From Octopus bimaculoides (Eukaryota): a stretch of DNA of 64,000 bases. The notes below the pieces were generated by a model. That model did no database searches, was not told the DNA's origin, and was given only the letters and a program-made list of their open reading frames with translations. The position numbers were made by a program, and so were the translations under genes. The DNA lies in contig NC_068985.1 in assembly GCF_001194135.2 (NCBI RefSeq), forward strand, positions 76,146,963-76,210,962. Reading direction: 5' to 3'. Positions 23,923-37,700 of the stretch are shown here, piece by piece (the stretch's first letter is position 1; each line of letters starts with the position of its first letter).

Positions 23923-26900
23923 ATTTTCTCTTCGTTTGGGTGTTTTGCTGTGTCCAGTCTGGCCACTCTGCTTTTATTGCATGTCAAAAGGTTATGAAAT
24001 TGCATGACGTTTCTGTAAGTGAGGCTCAAAATATCAATTTAGATTCAACACAGTAGGTAATTATTTGCATGTTTTTCATAGAAGACTGATTTATCTCTCA
24101 ACAAATGACAAAAGCCCGTTAATAATAAATGTTTCTTATCTCTCTGCTTTATTTATTCAACAGCAAATCCCAAACCCAGCTGTTGCTAGGTACAACTGAT
24201 GGCAAGATCAGAGTGCATCACTTACCTGTTCCTGGTTCCATCAAAGAGCTCGGTCCATACTGGGAGTTTGGGATACATGATTCAGATTATGGCTACCTAA
24301 CTGGTTTAGTAGTCAACTTTCAGGACAATTACCTAATATCTTCTGGTGCTGATGGAAATATCTTTATCTTTTCTTATATGTCACTAGACAAAATTGAAGA
24401 AAAAATTGCTGCTGCAGAACCATATATTTTCCTAGCGAAGGTAAGTAAGGGTTATACAATGTATTCTCTGACCATTTTATTTCAAGCTTCCCATGGTTAT
24501 TAAATGAGAGAAATGAGCTGGCAGAATAGTTAACATGCTGGGCAAAATGTCTGGCAACATTTCATTCATCTTTATGTGCTGAGTTCAAAAAGGTCAATCA
24601 AATAAGTACTAGCTGAGCACTGGGTGTGACATAATTGACCTACCCTCTCTTCTGAACTTACAGGTCCTGTGCCAAAATTTGAAACCAATATTAAATGCAC
24701 TTTCTATATTGAAGTGGCCAGAGTATCAATGTCATTTGTATTCTTATTTTTATATGAATACAAATATATATTTGGGATTGATGTAGTCTACTTGCCCACT
24801 CCCGCAAAATTTCAGGCTTTGTACCTTTGTTAGAAAGAATTATTATTATCACCATCACCATCATCATTGGAGAACATTCTGATCATTAGTGTTAGTGGGT
24901 AAATGGACATAAGCCAGAGCTGTGCAGTTCTAACTGCTTGAGAAGGAGGTAAAAGCCTTGTAAACCTTCTCAGGCAGTTTCAGTTGATTGATATGTAACC
25001 AACTGTTACACAAATATGCTGATGTGGACTTGGACATCATCATCCTCATCATCATCATCATCTTCTTCTTCATTTAATGTCTGTTTTCCATGCTGGAAGG
25101 GGTTGGACAGCTGTTCAGGCTCCCTGTCTGTTTTGGCATGGTTTCTACAGTTGGACGCCTTTCCTAACGCCAATTATTTTACAGAGTGTACTGGGTACTT
25201 CTATGCAACACTGGCATTGATGCTTTTTACATGACACCAGGACCTATGAGCCTGCGATATTAGGGATCCAAGGGAAACCACACTTTTACTTAGCTTGAAG
25301 TGTCTTTTCAAGCACAGCAAACCACCGGGAGTCTCAGTCCCTTGTCATCTCCTCTGTGAGTCCCAATGTCTGTAAATCCTTTCTTACCACTTTGTCCCAC
25401 ATCGTCATGGGTCTACCCTTTCCACATGTCCCCTCTATAATTAAAGATTGATACCTCTTGGTGCAACTGTTTTCATTCATACACATTACATGGCCATACC
25501 AGTGCACAACACATCTGATGCTACATATACCCAGTTTTTCTCTCAATCACTTACACTCTGTCGAATAGGCACAATCATATTACCTATCCAGCAAAGCATA
25601 CTGGCTTCATTGCTTTCAAATGTTTGCACCACATTAAATCATTCTGATCATATCTTGATTAAAATTTTGTTACATCAGTAGATAAGGATAACATAGAGTT
25701 ACCCCAGTTTTGTATGGTGATCACAAAAGGTTATGATCTTCACAATAAACTTAGATAAGACATGCAGACAAAAATCTGTTTACAGAAACTGAACTTATTC
25801 CTGGCATGAAGAGTTTACTGCAACTGGATTGAAGAATTAGTTAGGAAGTGTTAACAAAGCTGATCAATGTTGGTGATGGGGCCCTCTAAAATGAACGATT
25901 AGAATAGACTCCATAGCATATAGTAAAAAAGTGAGGATATAAAACAATAGATTAAGAGAAACTAGGGAGCAAATAAGAAAGGACAGTTACGAAAAGTATC
26001 ACAACTAGTATCCTTGCAGAAAAATGGCCTTCAGTGAATCTTTGAAGTGAAACATGAAGGTTTAACTAAAGTGTTTGCAAAATTGTTGGTTCTTGTCATC
26101 AGTTCTGTATAATTTCTAGCTAATCTCTCTGGAACAATTTTCTTCCTGTCATTATCATCATCATCATCATCGTTTAACATCCATTTTCCTTGCTGGCATG
26201 GTTTGGACAGTTTGACTGGGGACAGGCGAGCCAAGAGGCCACACCAGGCTCAAATCTGATCTGGCAATGTTTCTACAGCTGGATGCCCTTCCTAACACCA
26301 ACCACTCCGAGCGTGTAGGGGATGCTTTTTACATGCCACTGGCACGGGTGCCAATCAGGTGGCACTGGCATCAGCCACGTTCAGATGGTGTTTTTTACGT
26401 GCCACCGGCACAAGAGCCAGTCGGGGCGGGGATGGGCTGGCATTGACCACATTTGGATGGTGCTTTTTATGTGCCACTGGCATGTGGAGCCAGTCAGGCA
26501 GCTCTGGCAGTGACCCACGCATGAATGGTGCTTATTGCATGCTACCAGTACTGGTAAATGCCACAACTACAATTTCCATTTGGTTGAAATAAAAATGATT
26601 TGATTTGATTTTGATTTACTTGACTCAATAGGTCTCCTCAAGCACGGAATGTCGCCTGACAATTATTGTAATGTCTGATGCATTATCGTAAGGATAGGTA
26701 AAAATTTGTCTTCAGTGGTGCTATAATAAATTTAGTTTAATTGAAAGCTTTCAGTTGGGGTGGCCATCATTATCTAATGGCTATCTTAACCATTGTTGAT
26801 TTTGGTCCTTTTTTTCTGAGGTCCAGTCACTTCTATGTAGAATGGCCTTGATGTGATCAAACTAAATTCCAGCTATTAGAACCATTCAATATAATATATT

Positions 26901-28714
26901 TAGTACATTAAGGGTGTCCTCTCAAACTGTTGTTGCATGCTTTGAGTCTTGAAGCACAGCTAAGGAATTTTACTATTTTGGATTCTGATCAAACTGGGAA
27001 ACAAGAGAGCCATTGCAGAATATGTAGATATTGTGACCCTCATGTTATCAGACAATTCTGAAAACCAGGTGGTTGGTACTCTTTAGGTGGAACAAGCCAG
27101 GTGGTCTTACAACTCATCCTTTGGTATGGTAAGTCCATACTAGTTAGTGACTATTTCTTGACTGACAGTTCAGTTTATGATGTTTGATGTTTGCTTTGGT
27201 CCAGACTTCTTGGTGGATAGAAACTGGGATGACGTTACAACTGGAATAATTAGTTTCCTTCAGAAATGAGCTGAGAGGAGGCTATCTCTGGAAAATTGGG
27301 TAGACAAAGTGAATGCCAGCATCAGTTTTGGAATTTATTATTTACCTGTCTGTCTATTTTGCTTTTCTCTAATCTATTCTATTGAAATTTCAGCCTGGCG
27401 AATATGGAAAACTTCTAGAATTTCCTAGCCAGTCAGAACTTCTGGGGAGCATTGCTGGTTTGAGGTAATCTATACAGGTGTGATAGTGCCATCAGTCTAT
27501 TCTGCTCAGTGTGCATGCAGAGTGATGAAGTGGCCCTTCATGCACAGTCATTGAGTATACACTGCTGACTCATGGCACTATGTCAAACAGTTGTCATATA
27601 TAGGATGGATCACGCTGTCAACCAAGTTCATGATCACTCAACCATTTCCTGTGGCATGGAAGTTTATTTTTTTTTTTTTCTGACTGATAACTGTGGTGAG
27701 AGTGCTGGTGTGATGTAGTAGATTGAGATGATTAATAAAGGGTCTTGCTTTTTAACCTAGCTCTTATCAACAGATTCAAGTGCCACTTGAAGAGGAAGGC
27801 CACACTGCAGGAAATACTTCTTCCACTACAGTTTCCTGAAAATTGATTAGAGTTGCTATCATAGGCTAGATAAATGGGCTTACTGTGAACATGTGACTTA
27901 GGTTGCGATAAAGTTTGGGGAGAAGGTACTTGACTTTTGGTAGACAGGGTAGCTTTGTATTTATATGGATTCTTCTGGTTTACTCAAGGTGACTATCCCT
28001 CTCTTGAGACACTTTTTTTATTTCATTTACATACATATTACTAGCTGTATTTTACCAAACTTGTAAAATTTTCCAATATTTTTATAAACTTCCTACTCAT
28101 CCATGAGTGAGATGGATAAATGGGCAAAATAAAAGAAATCACCACCACCATCGTCATCGTTGTCGTTGTCATCATCATCATCACTGTCAAAGAATAGGGT
28201 TTCATATATAATAAGAGAATTGAGGAATGCACTAACAGGATGAAGACACCTGTGTGTGAATTTGTTTAGTGTAGTGTTGCACTCCAAGAAGCACATGGCC
28301 CTTCACAAATTCATCAACTGGGTCCAATGGCATAGAGAACCAAGACAACTGGAGTTGACAGATTCATTGCAGCCTTCATCCACCTTCACAGCTGCTGTGT
28401 TGGTTCAGAGACAACTTGCTTCACCTGATCCACCATTGAGGACTTGACTCACCAGAGCCCCATTAACCAGCTCATTTCAGGTTTCCTGTTGAGCCTTCAT
28501 GGCTACCAAAGTAGTCATGGGGCTCATGAAATCCTGCTGTATTTCATCCCAACAGTTCCAAGTTCAAATTCCGCTGAGGTCAACTTTGCCTCGCATCATT
28601 TTGGGGTCGTTGAAATAAGTACTAGTCATGTATTGGGGTCCATGTAGTTAACTATGACCCTTCCTGGAAATGTCAGACTTTGCACTAAAAATTTGAAACC
28701 ATTGTTTTTTTGTT

Positions 28715-28748
<34 letters not shown>

Positions 28749-31700
28749 GTATTATTATTACAGTTAAGGTGAGTTGTTAGCAGAATAATTAGCATGCCAA
28801 ACCAAATGCTTAGTGACATTTCATCCAGCTTTACATTCTGAGTTCAAATGCTGCAGAGGTTGAATTTACCTTTCAGCCCTTTCGTGGTTGATAAAATAAG
28901 CACTAGTTGAACACTAGTGTTGATGTAGCTGACTAATTCCCACTGCATTGAAATTACTAATTTTGAGCCAAAATTTGAATTGATTATTTAGGCAATAAGC
29001 TGATATAGTCATTAGCACAGAAAACTAAATGCTCTGTGGAATTTCTTCTGGTATTCTACATTCAGAGTTCAAATTCAGCAAAGATAGTGGGGTCAAAAAA
29101 ATAAAGTACCAGTTTAGTGCTGGGGTTCATGTAATCAATTAAGCTCCTCCAACTAAAACTGTTAGCTTTATGCCAAAATTTGAAACAATACCATTGTTTG
29201 TATATAAATATAAACAAACCAACATTTTTTTTTATATATAAGAGTTGAAATGTGTAATGTAAGATACAAATAAGATGATTTATTTTCAAATGCAAAAATG
29301 CCCTTAGAACAGCCGAAATATTGGGTAAATTACCCTTACAAAGTGGAAAACTTGGCAACAGACAGCCATATATTTATATACACCTAGTTGTACATTTTGT
29401 TTTATAGCATCTAAAATGTGGATTAATTTGTCAGTAGGCAGTTTAGCTTAATGGTAAAGCATTTGGCCAGAGTCTTCAAGAAATGTGGATTCATGTTCCA
29501 TGGCTGTTTGTTGATCAATTTTTCCACTTTGTAAAGGTAAGTTACCCAATATTTCTGCTGTTCTAATGGAGTTTCTGTATTTGAAAATTAATAATCATCT
29601 TATTTGTATCTTACAATACCATCATTATTTTCTATTCCACAGGAGAAACTGTATGTTGATGATTTGGAAGATCCAACAGCTTACAGGTATTTTTTTTTTA
29701 ACTTCTTACATAAGTAACCCATGTGGGAATCCTTATATGGTCACTTGATCTGCTTGAAATTGTAGCTAAAAAACTGTCAAATTACACCATACTCTACAAT
29801 TACAAAAATGATAGAACACATTGGAAGGATGATTTTTATCATAAGTCTATTTGGCTAGGATTGCCCTGGAGCTAAACAAGTGAAACATAGCCCGTAAATC
29901 ACCTTGATCCTGTAATCTCATTTGAGCTGTGTCTCCTTTTCTTCTCTCTCTTTCTTCCACTACTACTATACAGTCCTGTGGCTTTTCAACTAAACTACTA
30001 TTTTACAACACTGTCCTGCATACTTGTGGCGTTTTCCCATACCTTGGAAGCCACCTGTTCGGCAATTGTACCATTCAGAAAGACATCAAGGATAGGATCA
30101 GCACAGCCCATATGGCTTTCAGAAGACTCTCCAAACAAGTCTTCCTAAACCACAGCCTCACCGTCTAAATGAAAATCATGGTATTCCAAGTCATCGCCCT
30201 TTCCACACTGCTCTATGACTACGAAATTTGGGTATTGTATTGACGAGACTTAAAGGAAATCAAACCTTTCCAACAGCACAAACTTTGAGCAATCATGAGG
30301 ATCCAATGGAAAACTATATTAAGGTAAAGGTAAAGTTACCTTTCCAAGTTATACTGAATCATAAGGGCTAGTTTCCTGATTTCCATGGTGTATATGTTCC
30401 CTACTTGGATGGGACAGTGATCCATTGCAGGATTGCTAATTTTTGCCAGACTGCAGCAACATGAAATGATGTGTTTTGCTCAAGAACACAACGTGCCACC
30501 CAGTTCATGAATCGAAATCACAATCTTACAATCATGAGTCCAACACCCTAACCACTAAGCCACGTGTCTCCACAAAGACTATATCACCAATGAAGAGGTT
30601 CTGCTCGACCGCCCGGCATTGAAGCTACCATGGCATGCAACTACCTCTGCTTGTCAGAACGCATCATTTACATGTCTCAAACACCCCACCCCCATCAATT
30701 CGTCTTCATAGACTAAACCTCAGGCACCAGATCTCGCATAGCCTCCAAATTCCGTTTCTATGACCAGCTCAAGGCCACTCTCCTCCATTGCACTATTACC
30801 CCAAATACCTAGGAGACAATTGCCAAAGACCACCCAAAGTGGCAGCATGTCATTGTCTAGTGAATGGACCCAATGGAAAATAACAGACATCAAGAGCTAG
30901 AGATCAGACAGTGAAGACACAAAGAACAACTCACACTTCCTCATCTGCCACCAACTCTCCTTTGTGATAAATGCCCCTGGCTCTTCCATACCAACTCTGG
31001 CCTGAACTTCCACCCCCAGGTACTGGCACACTTCACTTCCATCAGCATGAAGAGGGTCAATCAATTGCTACAGATTTATTACTCAAATACAAGTTAATTC
31101 CACCACCACTGTAATATATATATATATGAATCAGGCATGTACCATCAGTAATTACTTAGGGTAGGCAGTTGGTGACCTCGGGTAGAGATGGTGAACATCT
31201 CATCCGTCATCTATTACCGCCTGACTGTCATGCCTTGTCCCAACACTACCATCAACAAACTGGAATGCATGCTCTTCCGCTTTTTGTGGAAAGGAAGTGT
31301 TCTGATGGTTAGGTGATCCATTTGCTGTCAGCACCCACTAAATGGAGGGTAGACATGCACAGACATGCACTGAGACTGCGACATCTCTCGCGCTTCATAG
31401 ACAAAGGTGAACAGGTGTGGTCACCATTTGTGAGGCGTGCTTTCCCGCAGCTTGTCTCTTTGGCCAAGCTGCAGTTATGGATCAAACAGAGACTGAGTCT
31501 AGGGGAATGACACCATGATTGCCACCTTGCTCTCAAGCAACTCTGCCATCCGGGACCATACTTGTGTGAATTCAGTTCCACAAAGGTGTTCTATAGAGGC
31601 TTAGTGGAGGGAAGATGCAACGATGTTCTTGAGGAGAGTTTGGGTGTCAACGGGGAACACCTGACCTGTCTCTATGGGCCGAGACCTATGGACAATCACC

Positions 31701-34700
31701 AGAGATCCCTAGCCTGGCAGTGCTATCGGGAAGCATTGCCTGTTCAGGATAAGCTCTACAGGCATGGTTCAAGATACACCGGACCGACTTGTCTGAGAAG
31801 CGGTCAGAATGATGAAACCATTCTGCATGTACTTGTGCAGTGTCCAACCATTTCAGACCTGTGGACTTAAGTCGAACAGCTGCTGTCATGTGTGGGACGA
31901 ATTCAGTTATCAGCCAAGTTTATCATGAATATTGCCCTACCACCTTTCTTTAACCAGGAAGGCAAGGCAGTTTTCATTGTACTGGTGGCTATGGTGAAAG
32001 AATGTGTGTGGTGGACTCACGTGAAAGGTTTAGAGACAAACACTTTCCTCTCTGGCCAATCGCTCATCAACTTTTTCAAGTACTACTTGAAAAGGAAGAT
32101 GAGAATAGGGATGNNNNNNNNNNNNNNNNNNNNNNNNNNNNNNNNNNNNNNNNNNNNNNNNNNNNNNNNNNNNNNNNNNNNNNNNNNNNNNNNNNNNNNN
32201 NNNNNNNNNNNNNNNNNNNNNNNNNNNNNNNNNNNNNNNNNNNNNNNNNNNNNNNNNNNNNNNNNNNNNNNNNNNNNNNNNNNNNNNNNNNNNNNNNNNN
32301 NNNNNNNNNNNNNNNNNNNNNNNNNNNNNNNNNNNNNNNNNNNNNNNNNNNNNNNNNNNNNNNNNNNNNNNNNNNNNNNNNNNNNNNNNNNNNNNNNNNN
32401 NNNNNNNNNNNNNNNNNNNNNNNNNNACAATGACAACAACAAAAGCAGCAACAATGATAATATTGTATAAAAATTTTGTGTAACAACTACATGTAAGTGA
32501 TTTTTTTGTTTCATTTTTTTTTTTTTTGCCAGCTTTATAAATATTTTCATTTCTCTCTGTTTTGATGATACATGGTAGTAATTCATGCAGCTATATTCCC
32601 TCATGCAACAAAGCCTTTTCATAAACCTATACCTAATTTATTGAATGTTCTCTGTGATTCCAGTATAGAAGATGCAAAACAAAAAGCCGAATATGACCGG
32701 ATCATGGCAGAAGCTAACCAAAAGAAAGAAGAAGTTCACCAGCATATTGCACTTCTCCGCCGAGATTATAAACACCTGATTGAACAAAATGCTTGCTTGC
32801 CAGAAAATCTTAGACTGAGTCCAAAAGTAAACATTCTGATATTTAAAAAAAATTTATAATGTCACTTCATTTTTATTGTAGAATGTGGATGGAGACTGCT
32901 TGGAAATTTGTTGTGTGTAGGGTAAGAGAAGGGATGTTAATGATGCCATTTCTACTTCCCACTGAGATTGTTTTGAGTGAGAAAATGGTATTTTCATGTA
33001 GTAGAATAAAAAATAGTATTTAAAATATCCACATCTTATATAAAGCAGGTAAGAGCTAGCCACCAGAAGAGCATTCAGCCATAAAAATACCATAAAAATA
33101 CTGCCTCAAATTCCTGGCAGCTGGCATTTACATATTCATGACTTGTAGGAACACTGTATTTCGTTATGCAACCATAATATACTACAAAGTTTATTAAATG
33201 CTTTATAAGTCAATACCATGTCCTATGGCACTAGCAGTGCTATTAAACCACTTAGTAAGGTTATCTCTACAGATTTTCAATAGAAATTACAGCCTTCACT
33301 GGTTTGTTATGACATTTTATATCTGAGTATGCCTAATGTAAACAACAAGGTGATTGAAGATGAAAAATGGGTAATGGGTGTGTATGCCATATTTCTAGAA
33401 TTCAGTACTGATGAAAGAGTAGGAACTCCTGAAATATGGCATATACACCCACTACTTATTTTTCATCGATCTCATTGTTATTTACATTAGGCATACTCAA
33501 ATACAAAACGTAACAAATCAGTTCTGACTATATTTACATTGAAAATCTGTAAAGATAGCCTTAACAAGTGATTTAATAGCACTGCTAACACAGTAGGACA
33601 CAGTATTAACTTATAAAATGTTTAATATACTTTGTAGTATATTATGGTTGCATAAAGATATACCATGTCCTTACAAGTCATTAATGTGTCTCAAATAAGT
33701 ATGCTTTCAACCTAAACCAAAATAGGATAAAAAATATTAAACAAATACACAAATAAACAATGTCACTTATTTAGTATGACCCTGCACAACCTGTTTAACT
33801 TTTCGGGTGATCAGGCTGTATCCTATTCTGCCAGTTATTATAAATATCCTGGTGGTGACTCCTGGTGAATCAAGGGTTTTTCCTACCTTCATATTCAAAA
33901 TTGCTTTGTCTATCATACTGATATCAATAAAGATAACTAGTGACTTCATTGGGTCACACTGGAAAGACCTCACCTCTCTCTGTCTCTGTACGGGACATGG
34001 CTTCAATACAGTTTCCATCAATCAAATGCCTTAATCTCTGTTTCTTTCTGTAGTTCAATTCCAGTATTATGAACACTGAGTAAAAATACATGAAAAGTAT
34101 AGAAATAAATGTTTACACTTATTCAATACATCATGCACATGTTTCATTTACAACAATATCTGCAATACAAAGGAAACCTTATAAACAGATTACTTCATCA
34201 AATATCCAGAGATTGTATAACAAACATAAATAACCTTTAAGTAATATAACTGGCATTAGACAGTGTTAGGGTATCAACAAGCATAAGAGCAGTGTTAAGA
34301 TGGTTCAACAATTTTATTTAAATACTAAACCACTAAAAGGAAAGAATTTTCCCTTATCATTGTAAAGAAAGGAATATGTACGTCTTGTGTTCTCAGAGAT
34401 AACCCTAACTATCAAATTTCAAAATTAAACAGTTATCATTCTTTTTGGTTGCACTGCTAATGTTTCTCTTTTTATCTATTCATTTATTAGGAATTTGAAA
34501 TTGATACTACAATAAAAGAGGAAGTGTTTTCTCAAATAGACAAGAAAATACAGGAAGCGAAAATGAAAGTTTCCTGGATAACGGAGAAACATTCACTTTC
34601 CTTGATGAAACTTAGAAAATTGTAAGCAATTATCATTTACCTTCTGAATTAAGGAAAACACTGAATGCTTTTTCTTTTAATATAATAAAACCTTTACCGA

Positions 34701-37700
34701 AGTGAGACCCAAATGAAGTTAGTCTGCTAGTAAGAGACACACAACATTTGGATAACATTGTAGATCTAGCATATTCAGTTTCTTCAAGAACTTCATACAC
34801 CACCACCACCACCTTTGTAAATAAATGGCAATAATAACAACAGTAGAATATGAAAAATATTCTATGTGAAGTAAAAGGAATGTCAAGATTATTTATGATA
34901 AAAAATATCATTATCACCTCCGCCTTAGTTGAGGTGGAGGTATTGTTTGCAGTCTTGTTTGTTTGTTTCTTTGTTCATGGACAAGATATCTCAACAACCG
35001 CTGGATGGGTTTGGATGAAACTCTCAGGGATGTTTGGCCTCATGACTGGCACAAACTGATTAGATTTGGGGATTGATCCAGACAAGGATTCTGGATTATT
35101 TTTCCTGGGTTTTTTTTACTTAATTTTTGAGAACAGTTGGGTTCATTTTTAATATTCGCGTTTCTGAGAGCAGTGAAGTTTATTTCAGATATTCTCATTT
35201 TAAAAATCATTTCTGGTTAATCATTGAGAGGATGTTGGTGTTGCATTTGCAGAGGTTTGCACTCTCTGAGTGCTCTTGTTATAATTTTCTGAATCACTTT
35301 TACTTGCACTAGACTTGCACACACCATCACTTGTAGATGCGATCACTGGTTCACAAGCACTAGTAGGCAGACTTGTAGATTTCTTTTCAGAAAACTAGTT
35401 TAGAGTTGTTTGCTTTGATAAAGTTTTTTTTTTTGGCTCTCTATAAATTTCTTGGTAACTCACAGAAGCATTTGTTATGGAAGCAGAAACTTGTACACTT
35501 TGTTCAGAATTCGGATCTTGTGCATGGAAAATGCCTGGCAAAATGCTTAGTGGTATATTAGGTCGACTATGCTTTTCACCCTTTCGTGGAGGAGGGCATT
35601 AAATAAGTACCAGTTACGCACTGGGGTCGATGTAATCGACTTAATCCCTTTGTCTGTCCTTGTTTGTCCCCTCTATGTTTAGCCCCCTGTGGGCAATAAA
35701 GAAATAAATATATGTGTGAGTGTGTCTGTCTGTGTGTGTTTGTGTGTGTGTGTGTTTGTGTGTGTGTGTATGTGTATGTATGTTTGCGTCTGTTTGTGTC
35801 CTCACTACCTCTTGACAACTAGTGCTGGTCTGTTTACATCCTTGTAACCTAGCGCTCCACCAAAAGAGACTGATGGAATAAGTACCAAGCTTTTAAACAA
35901 TTTGTACTGGGGTCGATACATTCAACTAAAAATTCTTCAAGGTGGTGCCCCAGCATGGCCGCAGTCTAATGAGTGAAACAAATAAAATATGAAAGAATGT
36001 TTCAATCCCAGTACTTACCTTTTTAAAGCCTGGTATTTATTCTATCAGTTTCTTTTGCTGAACTGCTAAGTTATGGGGATATAAACCAGTACCAGTTATC
36101 AAGCAGTGGGTGGGGGTGGGAGACAAACACAGACACAAAGATACACAAACACACACACACACACACACACCACATACAATAGGCTTCTTTCAGTTTCTGT
36201 CCCACAAGGCTTTGGTCAGTCTAANNNNNNNNNNNNNNNNNNNNNNNNNNNNNNNNNNNNNNNNNNNNNNNNNNNNNNNNNNNNNNNNNNNNNNNNNNNN
36301 NNNNNNNNNNNNNNNNNNNNNNNNNNNNNNNNNNNNNNNNNNNNNNNNNNNNNNNNNNNNNNNNNNNNNNNNNNNNNNNNNNNNNNNNNNNNNNNNNNNN
36401 NNNNNNNNNNNNNNNNNNNNNNNNNNNNNNNNNNNNNNNNNNNNNNNNNNNNNNNNNNNNNNNNNNNNNNNNNNNNNNNNNNNNNNNNNNNNNNNNNNNN
36501 NNNNNNNNNNNNNNNNNNNNNNNNNNNNNNNNNNNNNNNNNNNNNNNNNNAAGTGCCATGCAGTGGGACTGAACCTGGAACCACGTGGTTGAGAAGCAAG
36601 CTCCTCACTGCACAGCCACACCTAAAGTGTCTGGTACTTCTGTTCTTTCAAAGGCAAGTGGAGTGTAGATTCCCTTACTTGAAAAACAGATAGAGTTAAT
36701 CACACGAAAGACATCTGGTTGTAAAAAAAGAACACCTCAATAATATACATTCCTCTAACCCATACTAGCATGAGCAAATGAATATGAATAAATGAATGAA
36801 CAAATGTGTGTATATGTAGGTGTTTGTATATGTAAGTGTTTGTGTATGACATGTGTATGTGTGTTTGTCTGTATCTAGTAATGTTGTATTATAGCAGTGG
36901 TTATGTTTTTATTCTAAGATATTTTCTCATGCTATTTCAGTTATAAAGATTATGTGAAATGGAACCGCATTGTGGTTTATGCATTTAATTCACCTTACAA
37001 AGTCAGTACAACTCGTTTACCATGTCTCCCAAATGATTTCTACCAAAAGAAGAGTGATTTGGATCACAAGAAAAATGGCAAGAGGTTCACTCTTAATGAT
37101 CTCCAGCAGAAAGAATCAGAAGGTCAGTAAAATTTCATTTGTTTCCTATATCCATTTATTTCCTTTACCTGCTTTTCTAAGCTAGAGTAATGAATACTCA
37201 AACCAATATACACCACTGAAAGGACAAATTAGGAATAGGATGATGCTGTGGTGGTCAAAAGGTATCACTCCAGTTGGACATCCAACCTGGGTCAATTTCA
37301 TTTGATCAACCTATTTGTCAACAAGAGTTGCTGCAATTTGAATGTCATCAATTAAAAAAGAATAGAATTCATATAGGAAATCAAACTTTCATCCATTGGA
37401 GTGTGAAACTCTGAAATCTCTGTAACTAGGATGATATCATTTTCAACTGAGGATGCATGGCCTAGTGGTCAAGGTGTTGCCTTAACAATCGCAAAATCAT
37501 AGTTTCAATTCCTAGACCAGGAGGTGAATCATGTTTTTGAGCAAAACACTTCATCTCACATTGTTTTGCGACATTTGACACATGGAGCACCATGCACCTG
37601 TTCAGGCAACATTGTTTTCATGAAGGGAGTGGACTCATGTGTGACAAACATTTGATAACTACAAACAAATCATTTGTGGTGCAGGTCATTCGGCAAAAGC

